Source: a virus (taxonomy: Duplodnaviria > Caudoviricetes). Taken from it: a DNA stretch of 32,048 nt. Below are positions 7,120 through 15,346 of the stretch, one piece after another; within the stretch, counting starts at the first letter, position 1, and each line of letters starts with the position of its first letter. The translations under genes were made by a program, and so were the position numbers. Where the stretch lies: positions 1 through 32,048 of IMG/VR virus record IMGVR_UViG_3300020042_003070; one strand, 5' to 3'. Under the pieces are notes generated by a model that was not told the origin of the DNA, did no database searches, and worked only from the letters and a program-made list of their open reading frames with translations.

Positions 7120-7757
7120 CAGGCAGACCGACGACGACGGCCTGCTGGTGCAGCGGGTGCTTCCTCAGCCTTAGGGGCTTCGGGCTCACCATCCATGCTG
7201 ATCCATTCGATCACTTCAAAGACAGGCGTATAAATCTTGCCGTAGGACTTGTGGGCGTAGTGGTCTTTACGCAGACGCACGACAGCCACAGGCTTGGTTT
7301 GATCTTTCTCGACCTGCTCGGCCAAGGCGACTGCAATGGCTTGAACCGCTTTCTTGCCGCCCACTGATGTGGTGGTGTAACGCGCTTCCATTCCTTTGTC
7401 TTCGCCACTGATGCACTTCAATGACAGGCCGACCTGTGTCTCCCAACCCTTCTTAGCCTGTGGTGGGGCTTCGTCGAGTTCGGGCAACGGCTGGCTGACG
7501 CTGGTCATCTTCTCGGCCAACACTTCACCATCGCCCCAAGCAATAAAGCCGTGGACAAAAGAGAAAGGGTTGATCGCCCACTTGCTGTCGTCTTCGACTT
7601 CGGTTTGATCGGCACCAAAGACCCAATGGCCAGTCTTATCCATTTTGAGGATAGCTGTACCGGCTGGGCCAACGTCTGCTTGGATCGACCGCAACGCGGT
7701 TGACAGGGTGGATACTGCTGGCAAGCCAGCTTGAGAGAACGCTACTAGATTAGACAT
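7119..7757 (-). CDS. Putative ssDNA-binding/replication protein
   Basis: Sits between DUF2800 nuclease and PolA as in APSE-like modules; beta-rich, aromatic HKSYGKIYTPVF segment, flexible C-terminal tail. Confidence 0.55.
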   Translation of the reverse strand: MSNLVAFSQAGLPAVSTLSTALRSIQADVGPAGTAILKMDKTGHWVFGADQTEVEDDSKWAINPFSFVHGFIAWGDGEVLAEKMTSVSQPLPELDEAPPQAKKGWETQVGLSLKCISGEDKGMEARYTTTSVGGKKAVQAIAVALAEQVEKDQTKPVAVVRLRKDHYAHKSYGKIYTPVFEVIEWISMDGEPEAPKAEEAPAAPAGRRRRSA

Positions 7758-7765
7758 GATTTTCC

Positions 7766-8887
7766 TTATTGAAGTTTAGAAAGGGCCGCAGTCAACTGCT
7801 TCCCGATTTGCAACACTGCTGGGCGCGGGTCATCCGCGCTTGCCAATGTTGTGCCTGATGACACTGACACGACGAGATCGTCGGGCAGCGCCAGCTTGCG
7901 CTTTTTGAGTTCTTTCTCAGCTTGCGCTGGAGAAATTAACTCAGGTTCTTTGAATGGATGAACACGCATTTTGGTTAACGCTTCATAGGTTTTGGTTTCA
8001 TCCACCCATTGTCTTGTGCCACGCTTGGCCACCAGTTTATAGCCTGGGACTGACGCGCCGCTGTCAAGGATTTGGTGCGCCAGCGCACGTAAGTCTTTGA
8101 TCCAGTCTTCCAGTATATCGGCGTTGGCCAAGTATGCGCCAAGCGTCTGCACGTCGATGGCTTCAACTTGCGTCTTCAACGCGCGGTCTACTGCGCCGGT
8201 CATCTGTGGGCAAATAGGTTTGGCCGCACACCAACGGCAGTGGTCACCGATCTTGAGCTCGGCATTCGGTTGCTGCGCTAGCTTGACGGCTTTGACCAAG
8301 TCTTTTTCAAACTGAGCGATGCGAGCCGGTGTGGTCACCCAACGCTTAACCTGTGGTGGCTGCACGATGACCATCTCGATTTCTTCGACGCCCGCAAACG
8401 CCCATTTGGTTTCTTCGGTACGCATGGCCGCAGCAGCGTAGAACATCAACTGCGGGTTTTCTTCCGCATCAACAGCCACGCCATCACCAAACTTCCAATC
8501 GAGAACAATTGCGCGATTTCCGATGCGCCCGATAAGATCAGTGCTACCAAATACGCCAGGCAGTAAATCACCAAAGCCAACGCGAGTTTCTGCGTCAATT
8601 TCCATTTTTTTGTTTGGGTCAATCACATCCAGCGCGGCAAGGGCCGGCACCAATTTGTTGTCGATCAAGTCCAGCGTCAGGATTTCGTCGTTGTACTTGG
8701 TGTGCAAGAATTCTTCGGGGTGTTTGTCAGTCATCACAATCTCAGCGATGACGTTATGCAACAGCGTACCTTCGTCGGCGTACTTGTTGCTGGGTTGGGG
8801 CGGCATCTTCTGCACCAAGGCTACAGAGCCTGGGCAGTTCATTACGCGCTTGGCGGTTGAGCCGCCGACGATATTACTGTGGTTCAT
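7766..8887 (-). CDS. DUF2800 / Cas4-like PD-(D/E)xK exonuclease
   Basis: CPGS...EGTLLH, FGSTD, LDWKFG, QLMFYA and HCRWC...C (four-Cys Fe-S staple). Confidence 0.9.
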   Translation of the reverse strand: MNHSNIVGGSTAKRVMNCPGSVALVQKMPPQPSNKYADEGTLLHNVIAEIVMTDKHPEEFLHTKYNDEILTLDLIDNKLVPALAALDVIDPNKKMEIDAETRVGFGDLLPGVFGSTDLIGRIGNRAIVLDWKFGDGVAVDAEENPQLMFYAAAAMRTEETKWAFAGVEEIEMVIVQPPQVKRWVTTPARIAQFEKDLVKAVKLAQQPNAELKIGDHCRWCAAKPICPQMTGAVDRALKTQVEAIDVQTLGAYLANADILEDWIKDLRALAHQILDSGASVPGYKLVAKRGTRQWVDETKTYEALTKMRVHPFKEPELISPAQAEKELKKRKLALPDDLVVSVSSGTTLASADDPRPAVLQIGKQLTAALSKLQ

Positions 8888-9080
8888 CAGAAATCTCCAC
8901 TGTAGTAAAACCGTTGAACTCAGGAATAGCTTCGTATTCTTCGTATAAGGCGGTTAGTTTGTGTTCAATATTTAAAAGCAAGTTTTCTGCTCGCTCTAAT
9001 TCTGCTTCGGCTAAAAGTATTTGAGCTTTTACCTTATGCCTTTTAGTGTTGTTTATTCCATCCCATTGTGTGACCTGCAT
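8874..9080 (-). CDS. Hypothetical coiled-coil protein, first gene of the replication operon
   Basis: AAGGAG RBS, overlaps the next gene. Confidence 0.7.
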   Translation of the reverse strand: MQVTQWDGINNTKRHKVKAQILLAEAELERAENLLLNIEHKLTALYEEYEAIPEFNGFTTVEISDEPQ

Positions 9081-9109
9081 TGAACTCTCCTTTAGTTAAT
9101 TGAGACTGA

Positions 9110-9142
9110 ACTATAGCACAGAAAATAAAAGTGTGCTAAACT
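9110..9142. promoter_or_regulatory. Back-to-back divergent extended -10 promoters
   Basis: TG-C-TATAGT on - (9118-9110) and TG-C-TAAACT on + (9134-9142), forming the inverted repeat TAGCACA-N11-TGTGCTA. Confidence 0.65.
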
Positions 9143-9149
9143 TTTTGAC

Positions 9150-9428
9150 ATGAAAGAAAAAATAGTTGAAAATCATTTTGTCTGGGCGGTTGAACGCATT
9201 GGCGGTAAGACGTACAAGTTCACCTCACCTGGGCGCAAAGGCGTAGCTGACAGGATCGCGTGTCTGCCTGATGGCAGCACATGGTTTGTGGAGTTAAAGA
9301 CCAAGGGCGGCAGACTGTCAGTGTTGCAAAAGATGTTCATGTCGGACATGGCTTTGCTGAATCAGAAGTACGCGTGTTTATGGACAACGGAACAGATAGA
9401 TGGGTGGCTCAATGAAAGGTCAGTTTAA
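9150..9428 (+). CDS. VRR-NUC domain nuclease
   Basis: E-x-x-VE, KFTSPGRKGVADR, FVELKTKGGRLSVLQ. Confidence 0.9.
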   Translation: MKEKIVENHFVWAVERIGGKTYKFTSPGRKGVADRIACLPDGSTWFVELKTKGGRLSVLQKMFMSDMALLNQKYACLWTTEQIDGWLNERSV

Positions 9429-9705
9429 ACAGAAAAAAGTAGCGTTTTCGTTGGACCGCGTAGCTAACCATTTAATCACTAAACCGCAGCTTGAATCTGT
9501 AGCTAATGATTTTATGGCGGGCGCTACTGGCGACCCCATAGTTGACAAAGTTGTAGACGAATTTTTAGCAACAGGTAAGTTGGACTTGATCGCGCTAAAG
9601 GTGTTTGTTAAGCGTGTCTATTACTTAGGAATGATGGAAGGAACGCGCCGAATTAATTCTGATCCCCGCATCAGGTACGTTAAGGTTAAAAAAGATGAAA
9701 CTTAG
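9412..9705 (+). CDS. Hypothetical protein
   Basis: ORF filling the gap between VRR-NUC and helicase; ATG 9412 preferred (GGGTGG upstream). Confidence 0.6.
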   Translation: MKGQFKQKKVAFSLDRVANHLITKPQLESVANDFMAGATGDPIVDKVVDEFLATGKLDLIALKVFVKRVYYLGMMEGTRRINSDPRIRYVKVKKDET

Positions 9706-11002
9706 ATCCTATCAAAATGAAGCTGCTGACTTCTTGTACGAGCGCGACCGAGCCATGATCTTGGCACCGGTTGGCGCCGGCAAGACAGCCATCACCTTGA
9801 CGGCCATGCAAGACATGTTGGCCGCTGGTGTGGTCAAGCGCTTTCTTGTCCTTGCCCCCAAGCGCGTCTGTACCGACGTATGGCCAGTCGAGCAGCCCAA
9901 GTGGGCACCCAACGTGCCGCTGGCCGTGGCGGTGGGCACACCTAAGCAACGCTTGGCAGCGCTACGTTCCGACGCGCAGATTGTGGTAAGCAACTACGAC
10001 AATATCGCGACGCTACCCACAGCAAGTTTTGACGCCATTGTGTTTGACGAGCTAACCCGCTTGAAGAACCCATCAGGCGCACGTTTCAAGGCGCTTAAGA
10101 TTGATCACATCAATATCCGCTGGGGCTTGACTGGCTCGTTTACCAGCAACGGCTTGGAGGATGTCTTTGGCCAGTGCAAGATAGTTGACCAGGCGCTGCT
10201 GGGCCGTTCCAAAGGCGCGTTCATGCAACAGTATTTTGTGCTTATCAACAAAGACTTCGGCGAGTGGGCACCGCGCGTTGGATCGCTGGCCAAGGTCATG
10301 GAGCGGATTAAGCCTGCGACTTATGTCTTGGATGCTGGCGATTACAAAGACAAACTGCCACCTTTGCATGTCGTTGAGGTGCGGTGCGATCTAGACGACC
10401 GCGAGCCTTACGAAAAGATGCGGAAGGACTTCCAAGCGCTGGACGTTACTGCAATAAATGCGGGGGTAGTAACCGGCAAACTGCAACAAATGGCCAGTGG
10501 TTTCGTATACGACACGCGTAGGACTGCCTCCGAAAAAGCCGGTAGGTTTGATTCTACACAGACCGCCGTGTGGTTCAGCGCACATAAATTTGACAGGCTT
10601 CAGGAGCTGCTTGATGAAAACCAACACGCCAACACCATCATTGTTTACCAGTACCAAGAAGAGCTGGCTGAACTCAAGCGGCGCTTCACCGTCACAACCC
10701 TTGACGACGTGGACGCAATTAAGCGATGGAACGACGGCAAGGTCAGGTTACTCGCCGTCCATCCCAAGTCTGCCGGCCACGGCCTCAACCTCCAGTTTGG
10801 CGGCTGTCACATGGTGTTTCTGTCCTTGCCGTGGAGTCTGGAGTTGTACGAACAGACCGTTGGCCGTTTGCACCGCTCAGGCCAAGCACACGCTGTGTGG
10901 GTCTACGTGATGATGACCAACAAGACTATCGACGAAAAGATTTGGGGCGCGCTGCATGACAAGCGCGCTATATCGGATATTGCAATGGAGGAACTGAAGT
11001 GA
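9695..11002 (+). CDS. SNF2-like SF2 helicase
   Basis: LRSYQ, GAGKT, DELT, LTGS, GHGLNLQ and QTVGRLHRSGQ motifs. Confidence 0.92.
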   Translation: MKLRSYQNEAADFLYERDRAMILAPVGAGKTAITLTAMQDMLAAGVVKRFLVLAPKRVCTDVWPVEQPKWAPNVPLAVAVGTPKQRLAALRSDAQIVVSNYDNIATLPTASFDAIVFDELTRLKNPSGARFKALKIDHINIRWGLTGSFTSNGLEDVFGQCKIVDQALLGRSKGAFMQQYFVLINKDFGEWAPRVGSLAKVMERIKPATYVLDAGDYKDKLPPLHVVEVRCDLDDREPYEKMRKDFQALDVTAINAGVVTGKLQQMASGFVYDTRRTASEKAGRFDSTQTAVWFSAHKFDRLQELLDENQHANTIIVYQYQEELAELKRRFTVTTLDDVDAIKRWNDGKVRLLAVHPKSAGHGLNLQFGGCHMVFLSLPWSLELYEQTVGRLHRSGQAHAVWVYVMMTNKTIDEKIWGALHDKRAISDIAMEELK

Positions 11003-11160
11003 GACTAAATAACTGGAAGACCCAGCTTAAGGCTGAGAAGTCTATTCACAAGATATACCAACGCGACTTCAACGCCGCTTGGCGTAAGTTAAATAAAAGC
11101 CTGAAAACAATTAAACAACTGGAGGACAAAATTGCAACTCACCTGGCGAAAACTGAATGA
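10999..11160 (+). CDS. Hypothetical basic coiled-coil protein (53 aa; not in ORF track)
   Basis: GTGA overlap with helicase stop, GGAGG RBS; MRLNNWKTQLKAEK...HLAKTE. Confidence 0.65.
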   Translation: MRLNNWKTQLKAEKSIHKIYQRDFNAAWRKLNKSLKTIKQLEDKIATHLAKTE

Positions 11161-11323
11161 AGAACTTAAGACCTTTGACGAGCAGAAGGTGCTGGACATG
11201 CTGACCCATGAGCGAGCCAACGCCAAGCGCGTGGTGGTCTTGGAGCGTCTGCACCAACGCTACACCGTGCTGCGGGCGTCGCGTGAACGTATTGAACTTT
11301 TGCAGGAGGCTAAACAACCATGA
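11132..11323 (+). CDS. Hypothetical protein (63 aa)
   Basis: TTG start with GGAGG RBS. Confidence 0.7.
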   Translation: MQLTWRKLNEELKTFDEQKVLDMLTHERANAKRVVVLERLHQRYTVLRASRERIELLQEAKQP

Positions 11324-11511
11324 TTGACAAACTTATTCTTAGCGCGGTGCTAGGCACAGTTGGATGGAACGGTTTGTTTCCTGAGCCGCCAACGCCGCTG
11401 ACGCTGCAACAGAAAGCAAAGGAAGCCTCAAAGAGTGCTGTGTGCAATAAAAGTAAGAAGCAGAGTAAGACAGTAAAAGAACTATGTAAACGATGGGGGA
11501 AAAATGATTGA
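11320..11511 (+). CDS. Hypothetical protein with hydrophobic N-terminus and two Cys
   Basis: AGGAGG RBS, ATGA overlap. Confidence 0.65.
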   Translation: MIDKLILSAVLGTVGWNGLFPEPPTPLTLQQKAKEASKSAVCNKSKKQSKTVKELCKRWGKND

Positions 11512-11659
11512 AGCAATTAAAACTTTTTTTGGCCGCTTGCGCAAACGTAACATAATTGTTGAGCAAGGTTTAGTGTGGCGCTGTACGCAGTGCGACCATA
11601 TATTTTTAACCCAAACAACAGCGGAGCAGCACCCATGCCAAGACCAAAAAGTGAGTTAA
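11504..11659 (+). CDS. Small C2HC zinc-finger-like protein (51 aa; not in ORF track)
   Basis: GGGGG RBS; WRCTQCDHIFLTQTTAEQHPC. Confidence 0.65.
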   Translation: MIEAIKTFFGRLRKRNIIVEQGLVWRCTQCDHIFLTQTTAEQHPCQDQKVS

Positions 11660-11781
11660 CCAAAAGCGGCAAAGCCATCGGCGTTCGTGTGACGCAAAGC
11701 GAATACGAACAATATATGAAACTTGGCGGTGCCAAGTGGTTGCGAAAACTTTTACAGGAGAAACGTGATGCCAGCGTTTAA
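11635..11781 (+). CDS. Small DNA-binding protein, ribbon-helix-helix-like (48 aa)
   Basis: Start moved to ATG 11635 (GGAG RBS); MPRPK...IGVRVTQSEYEQY...GGAKWLRKLL. Confidence 0.6.
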   Translation: MPRPKSELTKSGKAIGVRVTQSEYEQYMKLGGAKWLRKLLQEKRDASV

Positions 11782-11917
11782 CACATGGAGCTATGAGAAC
11801 TTGGCCAACTTTGCTGCTGAGGCGCACAAAAAAATGCAAGAACAGCAAGACCAAATTGAACAATTACAAAACGATCTAAAAGACGCCATCAAGGCGTATA
11901 GGGAGTTATTGAAATGA
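11768..11917 (+). CDS. Hypothetical coiled-coil protein (49 aa)
   Basis: Start moved to ATG 11768 (AGGAG RBS). Confidence 0.65.
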   Translation: MPAFNTWSYENLANFAAEAHKKMQEQQDQIEQLQNDLKDAIKAYRELLK

Positions 11918-12102
11918 CTTGCCCACCATGCACCCATGATTGCAGTCAAGGTGAAACTTGCCCTGCACGGAATAAACCAAAACGTGAGTGGGTAGGACTA
12001 ACTGAAAAAGATATAGATGAAATTTTTGACATAGTAGAGCGAGATGACCAATTTGATGTAATTCAATTGGTTGAAGACAAGCTCAAGGAGTTGAACACAT
12101 GA
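11914..12102 (+). CDS. Hypothetical protein with N-terminal Cys cluster
   Basis: CPPCTHDCSQGETCPAR, then REWVGLT; ATGA overlap. Confidence 0.7.
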   Translation: MTCPPCTHDCSQGETCPARNKPKREWVGLTEKDIDEIFDIVERDDQFDVIQLVEDKLKELNT

Positions 12103-12728
12103 GCTATATCGTGGCATCGCTGCCGCCAATGAAATGTTTTGTACGCCGCGAATTTTTATACAACTTCACCAAAGGTCACGGCGAGTTGGAGCCAGCCATT
12201 TGGGTGAGCCTTAAAGCCCTGCGTGGCCAAGTGTTCCGCATTGAGTCCTTGCTGCCAGCGTATGGTGCGTTGTATGACAAGCTGCCCATCCACGCCTATG
12301 TGTGGAAAGAAGATCATGGAGACTTATTCGTTGATACTTTGCAGTTGTGGGACTGTATGGGCTACAGATTCACCATCATCGAAAAGATTGGCTTACGCAA
12401 CCTTGGCGTAAAGTTTCTTGGCAAAGATAAACAATGGCACTGTGGTCGATACCTTTTTACCGTGGACTTTTGCGCTGACGAAATGACGCTAGACACTGGG
12501 TTTACCGAGCAGGCCGAAGAACATAAGTCGTTTAACTGGATAGCGTTGGAGAACGGTCAGTTTGCTTGCCAGCCAAACAATAGATGCTTGTGGTACGACC
12601 AGTCTTTAATCCCTGCCGAGATAAAGTTTCCTGACTTCCAAGCAGCCAAAGAGTTTTACACAGTTGACGGCACACGCAAGTGGAGCGCAGGGGACGATTG
12701 GTTTTACGACTTCAAGGAGAAGACATGA
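12099..12728 (+). CDS. Phage hypothetical protein (209 aa)
   Basis: AAGGAG RBS; long aromatic-rich ORF (GALYDKLP, LQLWDC, EHKS, QPNNR); function not recognised. Confidence 0.8.
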   Translation: MSYIVASLPPMKCFVRREFLYNFTKGHGELEPAIWVSLKALRGQVFRIESLLPAYGALYDKLPIHAYVWKEDHGDLFVDTLQLWDCMGYRFTIIEKIGLRNLGVKFLGKDKQWHCGRYLFTVDFCADEMTLDTGFTEQAEEHKSFNWIALENGQFACQPNNRCLWYDQSLIPAEIKFPDFQAAKEFYTVDGTRKWSAGDDWFYDFKEKT

Positions 12729-12826
12729 TTGCAACCGTATTTGCTTTGACCCTCGGCGCCGTTATCGGCGTAGGTACGCTGGTGTTGATTGCCTACACAC
12801 TAGCGTACCTTCAAGACTTGGACTAA
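12725..12826 (+). CDS. Small single-TM protein (33 aa; not in ORF track)
   Basis: AAGGAG RBS, ATGA overlap; MIATVFALTLGAVIGVGTLVLIAYTLAYLQDLD; stop overlaps the endolysin stop. Confidence 0.6.
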   Translation: MIATVFALTLGAVIGVGTLVLIAYTLAYLQDLD

Positions 12827-13251
12827 GCGTAGGCGCGGGTGCCTTGCTTGTCGATAATCAACGCCATTTTGCGCGGCTTGGCGTCGGTGGTGTTGGGTAT
12901 CGATACGTGTGTCCAACGGTCAAACTCACGAATCACTTGGTCGTAAGCTAGGCCAGACTTAATGATGGCGCTCACCACTTCATCAGGAGTTACGCCTGGC
13001 ACCTGAATATCAGCCGCGCAGCCGCGTCGATGCTGTGATCGATCTGACGAACCCACAGCGTTGTTCACTTCTGCGCTGCGGAATGCAGAATTGACCATGA
13101 TGGGCTTGCCATTTAACACCACTTTGACTTGCTCAAGAAAGTCCGCCAAGCGGCGTAAGTTGGCCAACTCTTCGTCATTCGGCGTATTGTCAAACGTCCT
13201 ATGGTTAGTAAAAGTTAACTCTTCGTATGTAAAGTTAGGTGTTAAGTTCAT
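12823..13251 (-). CDS. Endolysin, peptidase M15A family
   Basis: SAFRS...NNAVGS...SQHRRGCAAD...WTHVS zinc-peptidase motifs. Confidence 0.9.
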   Translation of the reverse strand: MNLTPNFTYEELTFTNHRTFDNTPNDEELANLRRLADFLEQVKVVLNGKPIMVNSAFRSAEVNNAVGSSDRSQHRRGCAADIQVPGVTPDEVVSAIIKSGLAYDQVIREFDRWTHVSIPNTTDAKPRKMALIIDKQGTRAYA

Positions 13252-13258
13252 GTTTTAA

Positions 13259-13287
13259 TTGTCACAATTCAGGTGTAGGATTTTAAT
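13259..13287 (+). promoter_or_regulatory. Promoter for the acidic-protein gene
   Basis: Reads either as TTGTCA-17-TTTAAT (sigma70) or as TTGTCAC-10-TAGGAT (Pho-box half-site geometry). Confidence 0.55.
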
Positions 13288-13316
13288 TGGCAATTGTGCC
13301 ATTAAAGGAGTCTTTC

Positions 13317-13604
13317 ATGTACAAGATTGAAATTGATATTGCAGAGTGTAATTTTGGTAAAGAGACAGTGACTATTGAGACAAATGATTTTGAGAAGATC
13401 GCAATCATCAAAGAGTTCATCGAGTTTCAGCAATTGCACGGTTGGTGCGTCGACTATGACGTCACCGAAGAGTTTGAGTACAACCAGTGTGACGAAGACG
13501 AAATCGACGAAGACGAAAGCGTTGAAGACGAAGAATCCGAAGAATACGAAATCGGAGAGATCGTAGAAGACGATGACGGCGTAGTTTGGGAACGTGTTGC
13601 ATGA
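13317..13604 (+). CDS. Highly acidic protein (95 aa), candidate DNA mimic
   Basis: Start moved to ATG 13317 (AAGGAG RBS); 35 D/E versus 5 K/R by manual count. Confidence 0.8.
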   Translation: MYKIEIDIAECNFGKETVTIETNDFEKIAIIKEFIEFQQLHGWCVDYDVTEEFEYNQCDEDEIDEDESVEDEESEEYEIGEIVEDDDGVVWERVA

Positions 13605-13607
13605 TTT

Positions 13608-13635
13608 AAGGGGAGTCTTCGGACTCCCTTTTTTT
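13608..13635 (+). terminator. Intrinsic terminator between convergent genes
   Basis: GGGAGTC-TTCG-GACTCCC followed by a T tract. Confidence 0.9.
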
Positions 13636-13846
13636 ATTCAATATCGTGTTCCGCTTCTATGTCTCTAGCCAACTGGCGCCAGTCAAGGCTGCGTTTATAC
13701 AATGTATATACACGCTCGTCAGTTAAGGGTTCAGACCGACGGTTAAGCCTTACATTGGCCTGAGCTAAAGCAATCTGCGTTTCATGCAGAATATTATGCA
13801 GCTCTTTAATCTCTGACTTGAGATGATTTACAAGTTCATACGTCAT
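13634..13846 (-). CDS. Hypothetical coiled-coil protein (70 aa)
   Basis: Start moved to ATG 13846, overlapping the end of the phosphoesterase gene. Confidence 0.7.
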   Translation of the reverse strand: MTYELVNHLKSEIKELHNILHETQIALAQANVRLNRRSEPLTDERVYTLYKRSLDWRQLARDIEAEHDIE

Positions 13847-14792
13847 AAACCTTACCCCTAAATTCAATTTTGCCCTCATCAAATTTGTGCACTAACTCAG
13901 GCCATAACAACTTACCCTCATGGAATGTCAGTATGGCAAAGCCTGATCTCCAGTTAGTTGGGCCATCTTCCAAATAGTTGATGAACTGTGGGCCAGCAGT
14001 GTCTGCCAAAGTGCCTGTATCAACGCCATAGCGAGTTCCGTTGTAGTCAGAGTAGGGTGTTACCTTCAGGCTGTGTAGGTGGCCTGTCACCATCGTTTTG
14101 CCACTGCTAGTGTTGTTGTGGGTGGCGTGAATGCCGCCCTTCCACCTATGCTTGACCACCACATCATCTGTCGGCCAACATGACCAGCATGGATGCCATG
14201 CAGGAAAATGATCTTTCAAAGAAAAACCTCGAACAAATTCATACTGAGGTGCGTTGGCGGCTAAACGATTTTCAAACCTAGCATCATGGTTACCCATTGT
14301 CCACACTAGGTTTACATTGTGTCGTGCTTTCTTGGCGGCTTCCTCAATCTCGCCAAGTGCAATCTCGCAGGCTTTTAGCTCTTGGATTATTGACGGCGTA
14401 GAGTCCCATCCAATACGAGGAAAGCGAGAGATAGAAGCGCCATCAAATACATCTCCATTGGCAATGATGGCTTTAGGTTGAAACTCTTTAATCGCCCAAA
14501 GAACACCCTTATACGCTGTCGTATGGATGCCTGGCCAAAAGTGAGCATCGCTAAACACCAAAACAATGCCATTCTCAATCCCTAGTTCTTTCCTTACTGG
14601 ATTGTCAGGCTTAACAATAGTAGGAGCCTTTTGTATAGAAACAAGCGCAATGCCTGACTTGTCTTCAATTGTTTGCCTCCGTCTAAGAATCTGCCTCTGA
14701 TTCATCCCAATGGCAAGCGCCATTTTGGTTGCGGATTTATGCGTATTCCAAATTTCAACAAATTCTTCATCAGTATAAATTGGCTTCGGCAT
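13836..14792 (-). CDS. Calcineurin-like metallophosphoesterase with N-terminal HTH-like extension
   Basis: SDAH, NGDVFD, GNHD, KH and GHLH motifs; GGAG RBS. Confidence 0.9.
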   Translation of the reverse strand: MPKPIYTDEEFVEIWNTHKSATKMALAIGMNQRQILRRRQTIEDKSGIALVSIQKAPTIVKPDNPVRKELGIENGIVLVFSDAHFWPGIHTTAYKGVLWAIKEFQPKAIIANGDVFDGASISRFPRIGWDSTPSIIQELKACEIALGEIEEAAKKARHNVNLVWTMGNHDARFENRLAANAPQYEFVRGFSLKDHFPAWHPCWSCWPTDDVVVKHRWKGGIHATHNNTSSGKTMVTGHLHSLKVTPYSDYNGTRYGVDTGTLADTAGPQFINYLEDGPTNWRSGFAILTFHEGKLLWPELVHKFDEGKIEFRGKVYDV

Positions 14793-14815
14793 GACAACTC
14801 CGTTAAAGTTGCCTA

Positions 14816-14849
14816 AAATTAACCTATATCAATGACAAGCAAGTGAATT
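14816..14849 (-). promoter_or_regulatory. Pho-box-like promoter of the phosphoesterase
   Basis: Minus strand reads AATTCAC-ttgc-TTGTCAT, 10 bp, then -10 TAATTT. Confidence 0.5.
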
Positions 14850-14851
14850 TT

Positions 14852-15346
14852 TTAGCTAGTTGGCGTAGATTTATGCAATAACTCATCTTTTCGTTGGCTT
14901 CCTGCACTTGAGCCAAAATAAAAAGCAATGATGCCTGTCCAAGCGGTGCCAAGCGAGCCAAGCATCAGCATCAGCGCATCAGATGTTTTAAAATGACCGG
15001 TCATCAAACCAACCAAAATACCAAAGAATCCAAGGGTGACAGCGATTGCCATCAAACCAGGTATCCACGATTGCGTTTTGGTTTGCATATCCCGCGCTGA
15101 TTTGCGGTCGTCTACGGCCAACTTTTCAAAGTCAAGCCCCAGCTCTTGAGCGCGCGCTGCCATAGCAATTTCAGCTTGTTTGATAGCGCCGATCTGTTCT
15201 GCGGATAATTTGCCTTGCTCAAGTGTGCTTTGAACGTCTTTGGGGTCAATGCCAATAGCCTTGCTGATTGCGTCAACCGCCAAGCCAGCTAAAGGGCCAC
15301 CAAACGCGGTTGCTATTGTTGGTGCAATTTGTTTAAGCCAGTCCAT
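14852..15346 (-). CDS. Holin-like membrane protein (GTA-type 3TM holin family)
   Basis: N-terminal APTIATAFGGPLAG, DRKSAR, two C-terminal TM segments, FYFGSS. Confidence 0.8.
   Translation of the reverse strand: MDWLKQIAPTIATAFGGPLAGLAVDAISKAIGIDPKDVQSTLEQGKLSAEQIGAIKQAEIAMAARAQELGLDFEKLAVDDRKSARDMQTKTQSWIPGLMAIAVTLGFFGILVGLMTGHFKTSDALMLMLGSLGTAWTGIIAFYFGSSAGSQRKDELLHKSTPTS

Noticed and set aside
7766-8887. Cas4 as evidence of a CRISPR-Cas system
   Set aside because: It is the DUF2800-type nuclease normally found beside SSB and PolA in phage replication modules.
3601-8948. Many + strand ORFs of 60-141 aa in the ORF track
   Set aside because: They are antisense shadows of well-supported - strand replication genes, with no recognisable motifs.
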